Notes under the pieces: generated by a model | The model's database searches: none | Told to the model about the DNA's origin: nothing | The model's input: only the letters and a program-made list of their open reading frames with translations | NCBI GenBank assembly: GCA_026394155.1 | Contig: JAPKYT010000109.1 | Span: forward strand, 1-59,037 | Reading direction: 5' to 3' | Length of the DNA: 59,037 bases | From: a bacterium | GTDB lineage: Bacteria; Electryoneota; RPQS01 | Program-made: the position numbers and the translations under genes | In this document: positions 7,697 through 16,795 of the stretch, piece after piece | Layout: every line of letters starts with the position of its first letter | How positions within the stretch are numbered: the first letter of the stretch is position 1

Positions 7697-9151
7697 TCAA
7701 ATCAAGTTTGCGTTCTTCATGCTGAACCAGGAATCGGCGGCAATGATCACGTGGTCCAGAAGCTCGATGCCCAGAATCTGACCGGCGCGGTGAAGCTGGC
7801 GCGTCATCTCGATGTCCTCGGGCGAAGGCTCGGGATCACCGCTGGGATGATTGTGAATGAGAATGAGGGACACGGCATGGTGGGTGAGAGCCGGGCGGAA
7901 GACCTCGCGCGGGTGAAGAATGGCGTTGGTGAGGGTGCCGATGGATATAACCTCGTCGGCTACCAGCTTCTGACGATTGTTCAGGTAGAGACCGCGGAAC
8001 TGCTCGCGTCGCAGAGCTCTCATGTCCGCCGCGTGCTGCACGGCGTCCTCCGGACCGCGCAGCACGGGCGCATCGTCGCCGGGCGGTGTGAAGAAGCGGC
8101 GGCCGAGTTCGAAGGCGGCGACGATCTGGCTGGCGCGGGCCGGGCTGATGCCCAAACTGTCGGCCAAGGTGCGGGCGTTGCCCTCCTGTGCGACCGCGCG
8201 CGAGCCGTAGTCGCGCAGAATGCGCTGGGCAAGACGCTCGAAGCGAGTGGCGGACTCGCCGTCCGACATGACTAAGGAGAGCAACTGCGCCAGAGGCAGA
8301 GACTCGATGCTCTCCGCTTGGGGAGTTGTGGGCGCGGTCAGAGCCTCGCCCGATGCGGGATCGGCAGCGGCTCCGGGAGCGAACACCTCTCCGGCAAAGA
8401 GCGGGGTGCCGACCGCACTGTACACTGTTTTCTTGATGCCGTGCAACACCATCAGAGGGGCGGGCATGACGCCGCTGATCTCGATGCGCCGCTTCAGTTC
8501 GACCAGCCGGCGCTCAAACTCGTCGCGACGTTCTCCCAGCCGACCGAGAGCCGGCAGCAGATCGAGCTTGATTCGATCCAACGCCTCCCGCTTAAGCGCG
8601 GCGCGATCCACCGCGTCCAGACGATCCTCGGGCGCAATCTCGACGACACGCAAATGGTGAACGTCAAGCAAGCGGAGTTCCTTGCGCAGGTCGTCGGGCG
8701 TGATCCACTCAAAGGTTTGTCCGCGAAGAGCGGCGTCCCGGTCATAGAGCAGCCGCTCGAGCTCAATCTGCGCGGCCTGCTGTTCAGTACGGGCGGATGT
8801 TCCGTACTCCACGATCACCACCGGCCCTCGCTGCCTCACGGTTCGCAGCAGCTCACGCAGGAAGCGGCGCCAGTCCGGACACAGCGGCAGAGCATGGAAC
8901 ACAAAAGCGGCGTCGAACGTGGCATCCGCATAAGGCAAGGGCCCGTCCTGCCAAGTCGTCTCCTGAAGATTAAGGAGTGACTCGCGTCGGCGGCGTGAAC
9001 TCGAAAGGTCGTGATCGAAGGAGACCACGTCCACCTGCTCGAAGCGACGGGCGATGCTTCCCCGGTAGGTGCCCGCGCCGTCGTCCACGATGAGAGCGCG
9101 GTGTCCGCCGTAGCGGGCGAGGATGGTCGCGAGCGGGTCGAGCGGTTCCAT
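7697..9151 (-). CDS. fusion protein: class-I SAM-methyltransferase-like N-terminal domain, coiled-coil linker, RadC-like HhH and JAB/MPN domain
   Basis: N-terminus: ALIVDDGAGTY (degenerate motif I) and LPYADATFDAAFVFHALPLCPDW (Methyltransf_11-like). C-terminus: LADSLGISPARASQIVAAFELGRR (RadC HhH) and LYLNNRQKLV..EVISIGTL....LHPREVFRPAL.HHA.SLILIHNHPSGDPEPSPEDIEMT..L...G..LGIELLDHVII (JAMM motif HxHPSGxxxPSxxD). The ATG at 9151 lies 1 nt after the metG stop. Confidence 0.75.
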   Translation of the reverse strand: MEPLDPLATILARYGGHRALIVDDGAGTYRGSIARRFEQVDVVSFDHDLSSSRRRRESLLNLQETTWQDGPLPYADATFDAAFVFHALPLCPDWRRFLRELLRTVRQRGPVVIVEYGTSARTEQQAAQIELERLLYDRDAALRGQTFEWITPDDLRKELRLLDVHHLRVVEIAPEDRLDAVDRAALKREALDRIKLDLLPALGRLGERRDEFERRLVELKRRIEISGVMPAPLMVLHGIKKTVYSAVGTPLFAGEVFAPGAAADPASGEALTAPTTPQAESIESLPLAQLLSLVMSDGESATRFERLAQRILRDYGSRAVAQEGNARTLADSLGISPARASQIVAAFELGRRFFTPPGDDAPVLRGPEDAVQHAADMRALRREQFRGLYLNNRQKLVADEVISIGTLTNAILHPREVFRPALTHHAVSLILIHNHPSGDPEPSPEDIEMTRQLHRAGQILGIELLDHVIIAADSWFSMKNANLI

Positions 9152-9152
9152 C

Positions 9153-11060
9153 TCAGCTCACCGAAGCTCCGGGCGCGATGTCGGCATCCACCGTGAGCAG
9201 AACGAGTTTGCCGTCCGCTTTGGCGGCCAGCAGCATTCCCTCCGATGTTTCTCCGCGCAGCTTGACGGGTTTGAGATTGGCCACCACGATGATAAGACGC
9301 CCAAGGAGTTGTTCCGGAGCGTAGTGCTGGGCGATGCCGGCCACAATTTGCCGCCGCTCGCTTCCCAGTTCAATCTGTAGTCGCAGGAGTTTGTCAGTGT
9401 TGGCCAGACGTTCCGCCGAGAGAATCTTGGCCACACGAAGCTGCACTCTTGAAAAGTCCTGCATCTCGATCAGATCGGTTGGCGGCGCATCCGATGCGGG
9501 CGCGGCCGCTGCGGTGGGGAAGAGCTCCGGCAGAACCGAGCCCAGTGTTTTCTCATCTATGCGCGGAAAGAGTGCGGGACCGGATTGGAGGGCGACGCCG
9601 CTGCGGAGTGCGCCCCAGACGGCACCGGTGGACAAAAGGAACCGTTCGACGGGTTCGCCCATGCGCGCCAACAACTCATTCATCTTCGCCGGCATCACCG
9701 GCTGGAGGATCATCGCGGCGATGCGCAGCGCCTCCGCGCATTCGTAGAGCACTTCCCCGCATATCTTGCGGTCGGTTTTGGCCAGCGACCAAGGGGCGGA
9801 GCTTTCGAAGTAACGGTTGGTCGCGCGCACCAATTGCAGCGTTTCCTCGATCAGCGCGTGCAGTTTGAGTTCGACCACGAACGCGGGAACTTGCGAAACC
9901 AAATTGCGCGCCAGCTCGGCAAGTTCACAGGGCGCGGCCGGCGGCTCGGGTATCTTCCCGTCGAAGTGGTCGGCCACGAGCTTCGTAATGCGCGAGAGCA
10001 GATTGCCAAGGTCATTGGCCAGATCGCTGTTGATGCGCTGCACGAGACCTTCGGGCGTGAACTTGGCGTCGAGGCCGATGACCATGTCGCGCATAAGAAA
10101 ATAACGCAGGGCGTCGGCGCCGAAAGCATGAATCAGCGGCTCCACGTCCACCGGCTTGCCGGCGGATTTGGAGATTTTGCTTTCCTTGAAATTCCAGTAG
10201 CCGTGCACGGTCAGGTGGCGGAAGGGCTCGATGCCCGCCGCCTTCAGCATGGTCGGCCAGTAAATGGCGTGGGGCTTGAGAATGTCCTTGCCGATCAAGT
10301 GTTCCACGCCGCTCCAGTAATCGCTCCAATGCGGATCATGATCGTAGCCGATAGCCGTGAGATAGTTCAGCAGCGCATCGAACCAGACGTAGGTGACGAA
10401 GTTGCGGTCGAAGGGAATCTCAATGCCCCATTCCAGCCGGCTGCGCGGCCGGGAAATGCACAAGTCTTCGAGCGGCTCGCGCAGGAAGCCCAACACTTCG
10501 TTGCGATAACGCTCGGGCCGGATGAAGCCGGGATGCGCGGCGATGTGGTCAAGCAGCCAGTTTTGATATTTGCTCATGCGGAAGAAGTAGTTCTTCTCCT
10601 GCACGAATTCGGGAATGGTCTGATGATCGGGACACTTGCCGTCCACCAGTTCCTTTTCGGTGAGAAAACGCTCGCAGCCGGTGCAGTAGTGCCCGCCGTA
10701 CTCGCCGAAGTAGATGTCGCCGCGGTCGTAGACGCGTTGCAGAATGTGCTGCACGAGCGTCACGTGCTCGGGATCGGTGGTGCGGATGAAGCGATCGGGG
10801 GCCACGTGCAGCCGCGGCCACAGGCGGCGGAAGCGGCCGCTGACTTCGTCCACCAGAGCCTGCGGCGTGGTGCCTCGGGCGGCCGCCGCGCGAGCGATCT
10901 TGTCGCCGTGCTCGTCGGTTCCGGTGACGAACAGCGTGTCGTCGCCGAGCAGGCGATGGTAACGCCAGAGCGTGTCCGCTAACACGGTGGTGTAAGCCGT
11001 GCCGATGTGCGGATCGGCGTTCACATAGTAGATGGGAGTGGTGACGTAGTAGGTGCTCAT
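9153..11060 (-). CDS. metG: methionine--tRNA ligase with C-terminal tRNA-binding (Trbp111/EMAP-like) domain
   Basis: YYVTTPIYYVNADPHIGTAYTTVLAD (HIGH region), ESKISKSAGK (KMSKS), Zn knuckle CTGCERF..C.DH, C-terminal VAKILSAE....TDKLL.L.IELG.E.RQIVAGI...Y.PE.L.G..I.VVANLKPVKLRGE.SEGMLLAA. ATG at 11060 is preferred over the TTG at 11075. Confidence 0.93.
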   Translation of the reverse strand: MSTYYVTTPIYYVNADPHIGTAYTTVLADTLWRYHRLLGDDTLFVTGTDEHGDKIARAAAARGTTPQALVDEVSGRFRRLWPRLHVAPDRFIRTTDPEHVTLVQHILQRVYDRGDIYFGEYGGHYCTGCERFLTEKELVDGKCPDHQTIPEFVQEKNYFFRMSKYQNWLLDHIAAHPGFIRPERYRNEVLGFLREPLEDLCISRPRSRLEWGIEIPFDRNFVTYVWFDALLNYLTAIGYDHDPHWSDYWSGVEHLIGKDILKPHAIYWPTMLKAAGIEPFRHLTVHGYWNFKESKISKSAGKPVDVEPLIHAFGADALRYFLMRDMVIGLDAKFTPEGLVQRINSDLANDLGNLLSRITKLVADHFDGKIPEPPAAPCELAELARNLVSQVPAFVVELKLHALIEETLQLVRATNRYFESSAPWSLAKTDRKICGEVLYECAEALRIAAMILQPVMPAKMNELLARMGEPVERFLLSTGAVWGALRSGVALQSGPALFPRIDEKTLGSVLPELFPTAAAAPASDAPPTDLIEMQDFSRVQLRVAKILSAERLANTDKLLRLQIELGSERRQIVAGIAQHYAPEQLLGRLIIVVANLKPVKLRGETSEGMLLAAKADGKLVLLTVDADIAPGASVS

Positions 11061-11106
11061 GGCGAATCGTGTCAAACGTTGGGTTAAAATCGCGGCGATG
11101 GCGGAG

Positions 11107-12222
11107 CTACTTCTTATCCGGTGACGCTCCGTCGGGGCCGGATGCTCCCGCCGGCGGCTTTTTCTTGTGGCTGCGGTGACGCTTTCGCTTCTTTTTGGCG
11201 GTCGGGGCCGGAACGCTCAGATCCGCGCCGACCTGAATTTCTGCGCCGCCGCTTTGCATGCCCAACCCGCCGCCCGCCAGCAGGGTGACCTTCTCGCCGG
11301 TGCGGCTCTGGGCAGGCAGTTCTTCCTCGTCGCGTTCGGGCGGTTCGGGCGGCGGGGCAGCGGCGGTCCTGGGTCCGCAGGTGCAGATGCACTCGGTCCT
11401 CGGCATCTCGGGCCGCCAGTTGCTGATCTCCAAGAACTCCTGATGCGAGAGTTTCTCCAGAGCTCCGGTCTGATACCTGACGTTCACCTGCCGGCGAATG
11501 ACATCCAGTTTTTCGATGGCGCCCTCGCCCTTGGCTTCATCTTTGACGGGATGACCGGTCTTGGGACATTGCCGCTGGAACTCGCGATACACATCCAGCT
11601 CGTAGCGCAGGCAGCACTTCAGCCGGCCGCAGACACCGGAAAGCTTGGACGGATTGAGCGGCAGGAACTGGTCGCGCGGCATCTGCGTGGTGATCGGCTT
11701 GAATTCCGTGAGGAAGGTGGCGCAGCACAGCGGCCGTCCGCACACGCCGTAGCCGCCGGTGCGCTTCGTTTCGTCGCGTGCTCCGATCTGCCGCAAGTCA
11801 ATCCGCGTGCGAAAAGTGGAGGCCAAATCCTTGACCAGCTCGCGGAAATCCACCCGGCCTTCGGCGGTGAAATAGAAGGTCATCTTGCGGCCGTCCCACT
11901 GGAACTCCACGTCCACCAGCTTCATCTCGAGTTGATGAGCGAGGATTTTCTCCCGGGCGATGCGGCGCGTGCTGTCCTCTTTCTCCGTATTCTGCTGTTG
12001 CGCACGAAGGTCGGCGGCCGTCGCGCGGCGGACGACTGCATGGGGAGGAGGATCGGCAGCCTCCATGCCCGGATGCCATCCGAGATGACTCACGCGGCCC
12101 AGATCGAAGCCGCGCTCGGCTTCCACGACGGCCGGGTCGCCGACGTCAAAGGGGAATCGCAGGGGGTTGGAGAAGTATTCCTTTCTCCGGCCCTTGAATT
12201 CCATTTCGAGTATGTCAAGCAT
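11107..12222 (-). CDS. ricT: PSP1-domain protein (RicT/YaaT family) with Cys-rich and Lys/Arg-rich C-terminal extension
   Basis: EKILAHQLEMKLVDVEFQWDGRKMTFYFTAEGRVDFRELVKDLASTFRTRIDLRQIGARDE.K..GGYG.CGRPLCC..FL.EF.PIT..M.....L.LNPSK.SG.CGRLKCCL.YE is the PSP1 C-terminal domain. The ATG at 12222 overlaps the holB stop by 8 nt; the track's start at 12453 runs inside holB. Confidence 0.85.
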   Translation of the reverse strand: MLDILEMEFKGRRKEYFSNPLRFPFDVGDPAVVEAERGFDLGRVSHLGWHPGMEAADPPPHAVVRRATAADLRAQQQNTEKEDSTRRIAREKILAHQLEMKLVDVEFQWDGRKMTFYFTAEGRVDFRELVKDLASTFRTRIDLRQIGARDETKRTGGYGVCGRPLCCATFLTEFKPITTQMPRDQFLPLNPSKLSGVCGRLKCCLRYELDVYREFQRQCPKTGHPVKDEAKGEGAIEKLDVIRRQVNVRYQTGALEKLSHQEFLEISNWRPEMPRTECICTCGPRTAAAPPPEPPERDEEELPAQSRTGEKVTLLAGGGLGMQSGGAEIQVGADLSVPAPTAKKKRKRHRSHKKKPPAGASGPDGASPDKK

Positions 12223-13420
12223 GGTCAAGTCGCGTCTGCTTCGTCGAAGATTTGGTGCGCGGCCCCAGCGCTTCGTGGAGGCGGATGGCCAGCGCGAACA
12301 TAACAAAGTCGCGAGTGTAGCCGCGCGCGAGATAGTCGGCTGAAACGTCCACGGCGCGCGCGGCTGCATCGAAGTCGGCCTCGGGATAGGCGAGTAGAAT
12401 CGCGTCAATGCGATCTTCAAAACCGCGGAAGGTGACGGGATGGCGGGCCGCATTCCGGGCGATGCGGCTCAGGGCCACGTCCCGCAGCAAAAGGCCGATG
12501 AACTCGAGAGCCGTCTGCTCCGGCATTTGGTCGCTATCCAGCAGAGTGGCGGTGACCTTGCGCAATTCGACGGGGTCGCACACCGCCGCCGCACGCAGGA
12601 AGGCGATCACGCGCCGTTGCAGATCCTCGAGATTGTCCCGCGAGAGTTCCCGCGCATGAGACAGACTGCCTCCCGACATGGCCGCCGCCAATTCCGCCTG
12701 CGGGCCGGCCACGCCCGACTTCACCAGCGCATCGGCGACCTCCTCGGAAGACAACGGCGCCAGTCGCACGCGCTGACAACGCGAACGGATGGTCTGCAAC
12801 AGGCCGCCCTCGTTTTCGGTCGTGAGAAGAAAGTAGGCGTTGGACGGCGGCTCTTCCAGAGCCTTGAGCAGCGCGTTCTGCGCCTGCGTATTCATGGCGT
12901 CGGCCTGAAGAACAATCAAGACCTTGCGGCGCGCCTGATACGGTTTCATGGAAGCGTGATGAATGAGGCCGCGCACCAGACTGATGCGAACGTCCTTCGC
13001 CTTGGCCGGACGCAAGAAAGTGTAAGGGTCCTTGGCCAGAGCCGCGTTTTGTGTCGCGATGACCGCGGCAAACTCGCGCTCGTCATCCTCGGTGGAGCCT
13101 GCCTTTTTCGAGGGCAGCGGATAGATCAAGTGCAGATCGGGATGGCGGAGCGCCAGCGAGGCCGGGCAATTCACGCATTCTCCGCAGGGCTCCGCGCCCT
13201 CGCGTTCACAGAGCAAAAGAGCGGCGAATTCGAGGGCCAGCGCCGTCTTTCCGACTCCGCGCGGCCCGGAAAACAGGTAGGCATGAGCCACCCGCCCGCT
13301 GCGCACGGCGTCGCTCAAGCGCGCCCGCGCCTCGCGCTGCCCCACCACGCGGCTGTGAAAGCTCGTGCTCACCGTGCTTGCAGCCACTCGATCGGATTCT
13401 TTTTCTCTTTGCCTGACCAT
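12215..13420 (-). CDS. holB: DNA polymerase III subunit delta'
   Basis: VVGQREARARLSDAVRSGRVAHAYLFSGPRGVGKTALALEFAALLLCE......PCGEC..C.......HPDLH.I.P. and later QNALLKALEEPP...YF.L.T......LL.TI.SRCQ. The start is uncertain: 13420 overlaps the upstream gene by 52 nt. Confidence 0.85.
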   Translation of the reverse strand: MVRQREKESDRVAASTVSTSFHSRVVGQREARARLSDAVRSGRVAHAYLFSGPRGVGKTALALEFAALLLCEREGAEPCGECVNCPASLALRHPDLHLIYPLPSKKAGSTEDDEREFAAVIATQNAALAKDPYTFLRPAKAKDVRISLVRGLIHHASMKPYQARRKVLIVLQADAMNTQAQNALLKALEEPPSNAYFLLTTENEGGLLQTIRSRCQRVRLAPLSSEEVADALVKSGVAGPQAELAAAMSGGSLSHARELSRDNLEDLQRRVIAFLRAAAVCDPVELRKVTATLLDSDQMPEQTALEFIGLLLRDVALSRIARNAARHPVTFRGFEDRIDAILLAYPEADFDAAARAVDVSADYLARGYTRDFVMFALAIRLHEALGPRTKSSTKQTRLDHA

Positions 13421-14604
13421 AACTCGAAATGCACTCGATAGTCTTCCGATCCCGCGTCAAAGCCGGGGTAGCCGATGACCTCTCCCGCCCGCAACTCGTC
13501 GCGAGCCTTCACCACCACCTGGCCGAGCTTGGCATACACCGTGTAGAAAGAGCCCGGATGCTCGACGATGCAGACGTTGCCGTAGCCGCGCAGCCACGTG
13601 ACCGACGATACGCGCCCGTCGGCTACCGCGGAAACGGCCGCATCGGCTGGGGCGGCGATCTCAATGCCCGGATTCTCCGTGACCGTCGCCAGCTTCCGGT
13701 TCCTGACGATTCCGAACCTCGAGACCACCCGCCCGATGACCGGCCACGGAAGCGATCCTCTGAGCGCGGACAAGGCAACACCCGACAGGGGCTCGCCGCG
13801 CGCCATCTTGCCGATCATCTCTTCGATCTGAGCCTGCGACGAGGCCACGTCGTGCCGGCGCTCTTCGAGCAGCTTGCGGTTCTGCCGCAGTTTGTGGAGC
13901 CGGGATTGCAGTTCGCGCTTGCCGCGTTCGAGCCCGTCAATATCGCCCTCCAAATCGCGCGCGATGTCTGTCGTCCGCCTCCGCTTGGCCTCGAGTTCCC
14001 ATTTTCGTTCGCGCAGCGTTTGCGTGGAGGCGAACACAAGGTCCTCCGTTTCCTGCAGCGTGTCCACCGATGCGGCCAGCGTTTGCATGGACTGGGCGAC
14101 CGTATGCTGCAGTCGCTTCAGGGCGGTGCGCCGCGCCAGCAACTCGCGCCACGACTCCGCCCCTAACAGAAAATCCAAAACGGCGACGCCTGACAGCCGG
14201 CGCTCCGCGAGCAGGGCGCGCGCCAAGGCACCGGACATCCGCTGCTGATCGTCCTCGATGGTGATGATGCGCGAGCCTAAACTGGCCAGCTCCGTCTCTC
14301 GCGGACCGATCTCGACCCTGATTCGGGCGATGCTGTCGCGCAGGGCGGTCATTTGACGTCTCTGGTCGCGAACCAGCTCCTCGGAAATCGCGACGCGCTG
14401 TTCCCCGGCATCGAGGTCTTTCAGCACCCCGCGCTCGCGGGCGGCGCCGCTCTCCAGTTCGCGGTCAATGCGGTGCAGTTCGCGACGAAGGGAGTCCAGC
14501 ACCCGCTGAGGTTCTGCACCTGAAGGCAAAGCAAACACATGTGCGCCGCCGATGACGGCGTAAACTCCGATAATTATTGATGATACAAACCGGCGACGGG
14601 ACAT
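13369..14604 (-). CDS. EnvC-like murein hydrolase activator / M23 peptidase-domain protein with long coiled coil
   Basis: Signal/TM MSRRRFVSSIIIGVYAVIGGAHVFA, then ~250 aa of heptad-rich sequence. C-terminus GIEIAAPADAAVSAVADGRVSSVTWLRGYGNVCIVEHPGSFYTVYAKL......AG.VIG.......E....HFELW is M23/LytM. ATG at 14604. Confidence 0.8.
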   Translation of the reverse strand: MSRRRFVSSIIIGVYAVIGGAHVFALPSGAEPQRVLDSLRRELHRIDRELESGAARERGVLKDLDAGEQRVAISEELVRDQRRQMTALRDSIARIRVEIGPRETELASLGSRIITIEDDQQRMSGALARALLAERRLSGVAVLDFLLGAESWRELLARRTALKRLQHTVAQSMQTLAASVDTLQETEDLVFASTQTLRERKWELEAKRRRTTDIARDLEGDIDGLERGKRELQSRLHKLRQNRKLLEERRHDVASSQAQIEEMIGKMARGEPLSGVALSALRGSLPWPVIGRVVSRFGIVRNRKLATVTENPGIEIAAPADAAVSAVADGRVSSVTWLRGYGNVCIVEHPGSFYTVYAKLGQVVVKARDELRAGEVIGYPGFDAGSEDYRVHFELWSGKEKKNPIEWLQAR

Positions 14605-14618
14605 CTTCACAAACAAGT

Positions 14619-14647
14619 AGTATACGATAAGCAGGCCGGAAATGCAA
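14619..14647 (-). promoter_or_regulatory. sigma70-type promoter candidate (minus strand) for the envC-like/holB/ricT/metG operon
   Basis: The minus strand reads TTGCAT, 17 nt, TATACT. The -10 element ends about 15 nt before the ATG at 14604, which implies a very short leader. That is a weakness of this call. Confidence 0.35.
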
Positions 14648-14671
14648 GCTCCTGCCAAGCCACAAGTTCCG

Positions 14672-14700
14672 TTGCTTTTGCCTTGAGCGGAGCCTATATT
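14672..14700 (+). promoter_or_regulatory. sigma70-type promoter candidate for the M1 aminopeptidase gene
   Basis: TTGCTT (14672-14677), 17-nt spacer, TATATT (14695-14700). It lies 45 nt upstream of the ATG at 14746. Confidence 0.4.
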
Positions 14701-14745
14701 GTCAGAGACTCACCTCCGTTGGTCTTCAAGAAAAAGGGCACGCCC

Positions 14746-16683
14746 ATGCCCGCACTTGCTTTGCTTGCCGCACTGGCACTGGCTTGCACCGCAGCCGCGC
14801 TGCCTCCGGATCCCACTCAGACGGAGTTCATCCGCCTCATGGAATCCCGGCGTCATCAGCCTGCGGGTAGTCTCGACGCCGACAGCGCTCACAGCTACGA
14901 CATGATCTCGCTCTCGCTGGACTACCGGGTGGAGCCGCTCGGCCAGCCGCTCACGGGATGGGCCGCGATTCGCCTTGTGGCCCGCGAGAATCTGTTGGTG
15001 ATCCCGCTCAACGCACAGGGCATGACCATTCTGGGCGTGAACGTCTTCGATCAAGCGCTGCCGTTCACGCACGTCCATGACACGCTCTATGTGAACTACG
15101 CCATGCAGATCGGCGATAGCGTGACGCTGGACATACACCTCTCTGTCCCCTCCGAAGCGGAACCGGGCGGAATCGGATTTCATTCCGAGGCGGATCACGC
15201 CTACACGTTTTCCGAGCCCTATGGCGCCCGCCGGTGGATGCCGTGTTTCGATCAACCGTTCGACAAGTTCAATGAGGTCACGATTGCCGTCAATATGCCG
15301 GCGAGTTGGTGGCTGGCGTCGAACGGCGCGCTGATCCAAACCACCTATCCCTCGGCCGGACGCAAACGCGAGGTGTATTATCACGACGATCCCATTTCCA
15401 CCTATCTGGTGATGCTCGCAGCCGGCAACTATGCGCGACGAGTCGAGACTGTAGGTGATGTTCTCTACCGCTACTTCGCTTTCCCGCAGGACTCGGCCGC
15501 CGCCGCCTACGACTGGCAGCGCACGCCGCTGATGACGGCCGTCTACGAAAGCCTTTTCGGCGACTATCCATTCGGGCAATATGGCATGGTTCAGACGGAC
15601 ATCATGGGCGGTCGGGGGGCGATGGAGCACCAGACCTTCACCACTTACGGCCAGCATCTGGTGGACAGCCTGCGGACTTATGAAGGCGTGGTCGCGCACG
15701 AGTTGGCCCACATGTGGTTCGGCGATGCCGTCACTTGCGTGGATTTCCGCAACGTCTGGCTCAACGAGGGTTTTGCCACCTACGCGTCGGCGCTTTTCTA
15801 TGAAGCGACAGAAGGGCAGGCGGTGCTCGACGACATCATGTGGAACATGAGCCTGCCCTATCTCAATGCTACCGATCTGCATGGCGTCGCGATCTACGAT
15901 CCGCCGCCGAACCTGATGTTCAGCGCCATTGAATACGAGAAGGCCGCATGGGTGCTGCACATGCTGCGGGAGCAGCTCTTGGGGGACAGCCTCTTTTTCG
16001 CCGCTATGCGCTCTTACTTCAGTGAGTTCAGCGGCGGGTGGGCGAACACGGAAGACTTCATCGCCGTCGTGAATCAAACTGCCGGACAGGACTTGCGCTG
16101 GTTCTTCAATCAGTGGATCTACCAGCCGGGACATCCGGTGGTGCACGCGGTGATTGAGCCGGGCGTTCCCACCTCGCACGACGTCACGGTGACTGTGACT
16201 CAGCAGCAGACGGCCGGACCCGTGTTCCGTTTTCCGCTCAGTGTGGACGTGCGCACGACGGAAGGAGTCATGCATTCGCTCTTCTGGGTGGATCAGGCGC
16301 AGCAGTCCGTGGTTCACGGTTTTCCGTCCGCGGTGCACAGCGCCGATTGGAGCGCCTATCAGCTGACACTGGTGGAATTCTCGAGCCAAGGCGCGGCGGA
16401 CGCTCCTACTGTGCCGCAAGACTTCGTCCTCGGGCCCGTCTATCCGAATCCCTTCAACGCCACGGCTCGCATTCCATTTGTGCTGAACAATGCCGGGCGG
16501 GCCGTGCTGCGCGTCTATGATATCAACGGCCGTTTGGTGAAGACTCTGGCCGACGCGAGTTTTGCGCCCGGCCGGCACGAAGTCGAGTTTTCCGCCGAAC
16601 CCACTCTGTCTTCCGGGCTGTATCTGGTGACTCTCGAATCCGGCGCTCAGCGTCGCATTGCCAAAGCGCTGCTGGTGAAGTAA
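14746..16683 (+). CDS. M1-family zinc aminopeptidase with T9SS C-terminal sorting domain
   Basis: Signal MPALALLAALALACTAAA. Exopeptidase motif GAMEH. Zinc motif HELAHMWFGD-x18-WLNEGFATY (HExxH-18-E). C-terminus VYPNPFNATARIPFVL....AVLRVYDINGRLVKTL...GLYLVTLESG...IAKALLVK is a T9SS CTD. Confidence 0.87.
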   Translation: MPALALLAALALACTAAALPPDPTQTEFIRLMESRRHQPAGSLDADSAHSYDMISLSLDYRVEPLGQPLTGWAAIRLVARENLLVIPLNAQGMTILGVNVFDQALPFTHVHDTLYVNYAMQIGDSVTLDIHLSVPSEAEPGGIGFHSEADHAYTFSEPYGARRWMPCFDQPFDKFNEVTIAVNMPASWWLASNGALIQTTYPSAGRKREVYYHDDPISTYLVMLAAGNYARRVETVGDVLYRYFAFPQDSAAAAYDWQRTPLMTAVYESLFGDYPFGQYGMVQTDIMGGRGAMEHQTFTTYGQHLVDSLRTYEGVVAHELAHMWFGDAVTCVDFRNVWLNEGFATYASALFYEATEGQAVLDDIMWNMSLPYLNATDLHGVAIYDPPPNLMFSAIEYEKAAWVLHMLREQLLGDSLFFAAMRSYFSEFSGGWANTEDFIAVVNQTAGQDLRWFFNQWIYQPGHPVVHAVIEPGVPTSHDVTVTVTQQQTAGPVFRFPLSVDVRTTEGVMHSLFWVDQAQQSVVHGFPSAVHSADWSAYQLTLVEFSSQGAADAPTVPQDFVLGPVYPNPFNATARIPFVLNNAGRAVLRVYDINGRLVKTLADASFAPGRHEVEFSAEPTLSSGLYLVTLESGAQRRIAKALLVK

Positions 16684-16684
16684 C

Positions 16685-16795
16685 ATGGATACTGCTCCGC
16701 GCTATAGCGTGGTCATTCCCGCTTACAATAAAGAATGCGAGCTGCCGCGCACGTACCTTTTGCGGCGCGAGTACCGGGGATCGCTCCAGCCGTGA
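16685..16795 (+). pseudogene. 36-codon stub resembling the N-terminus of a family-2 glycosyltransferase (probable deletion remnant)
   Basis: MDTAPRYSVVIPAYNKECELPRTY then LLRREYRGSLQP-stop. The YSVVIPAYN.E..LPRT pattern is the GT2 N-terminal beta1/DxD-proximal signature, but nothing recognisable follows. The stop overlaps the rlmH GTG at 16792. Confidence 0.35.
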
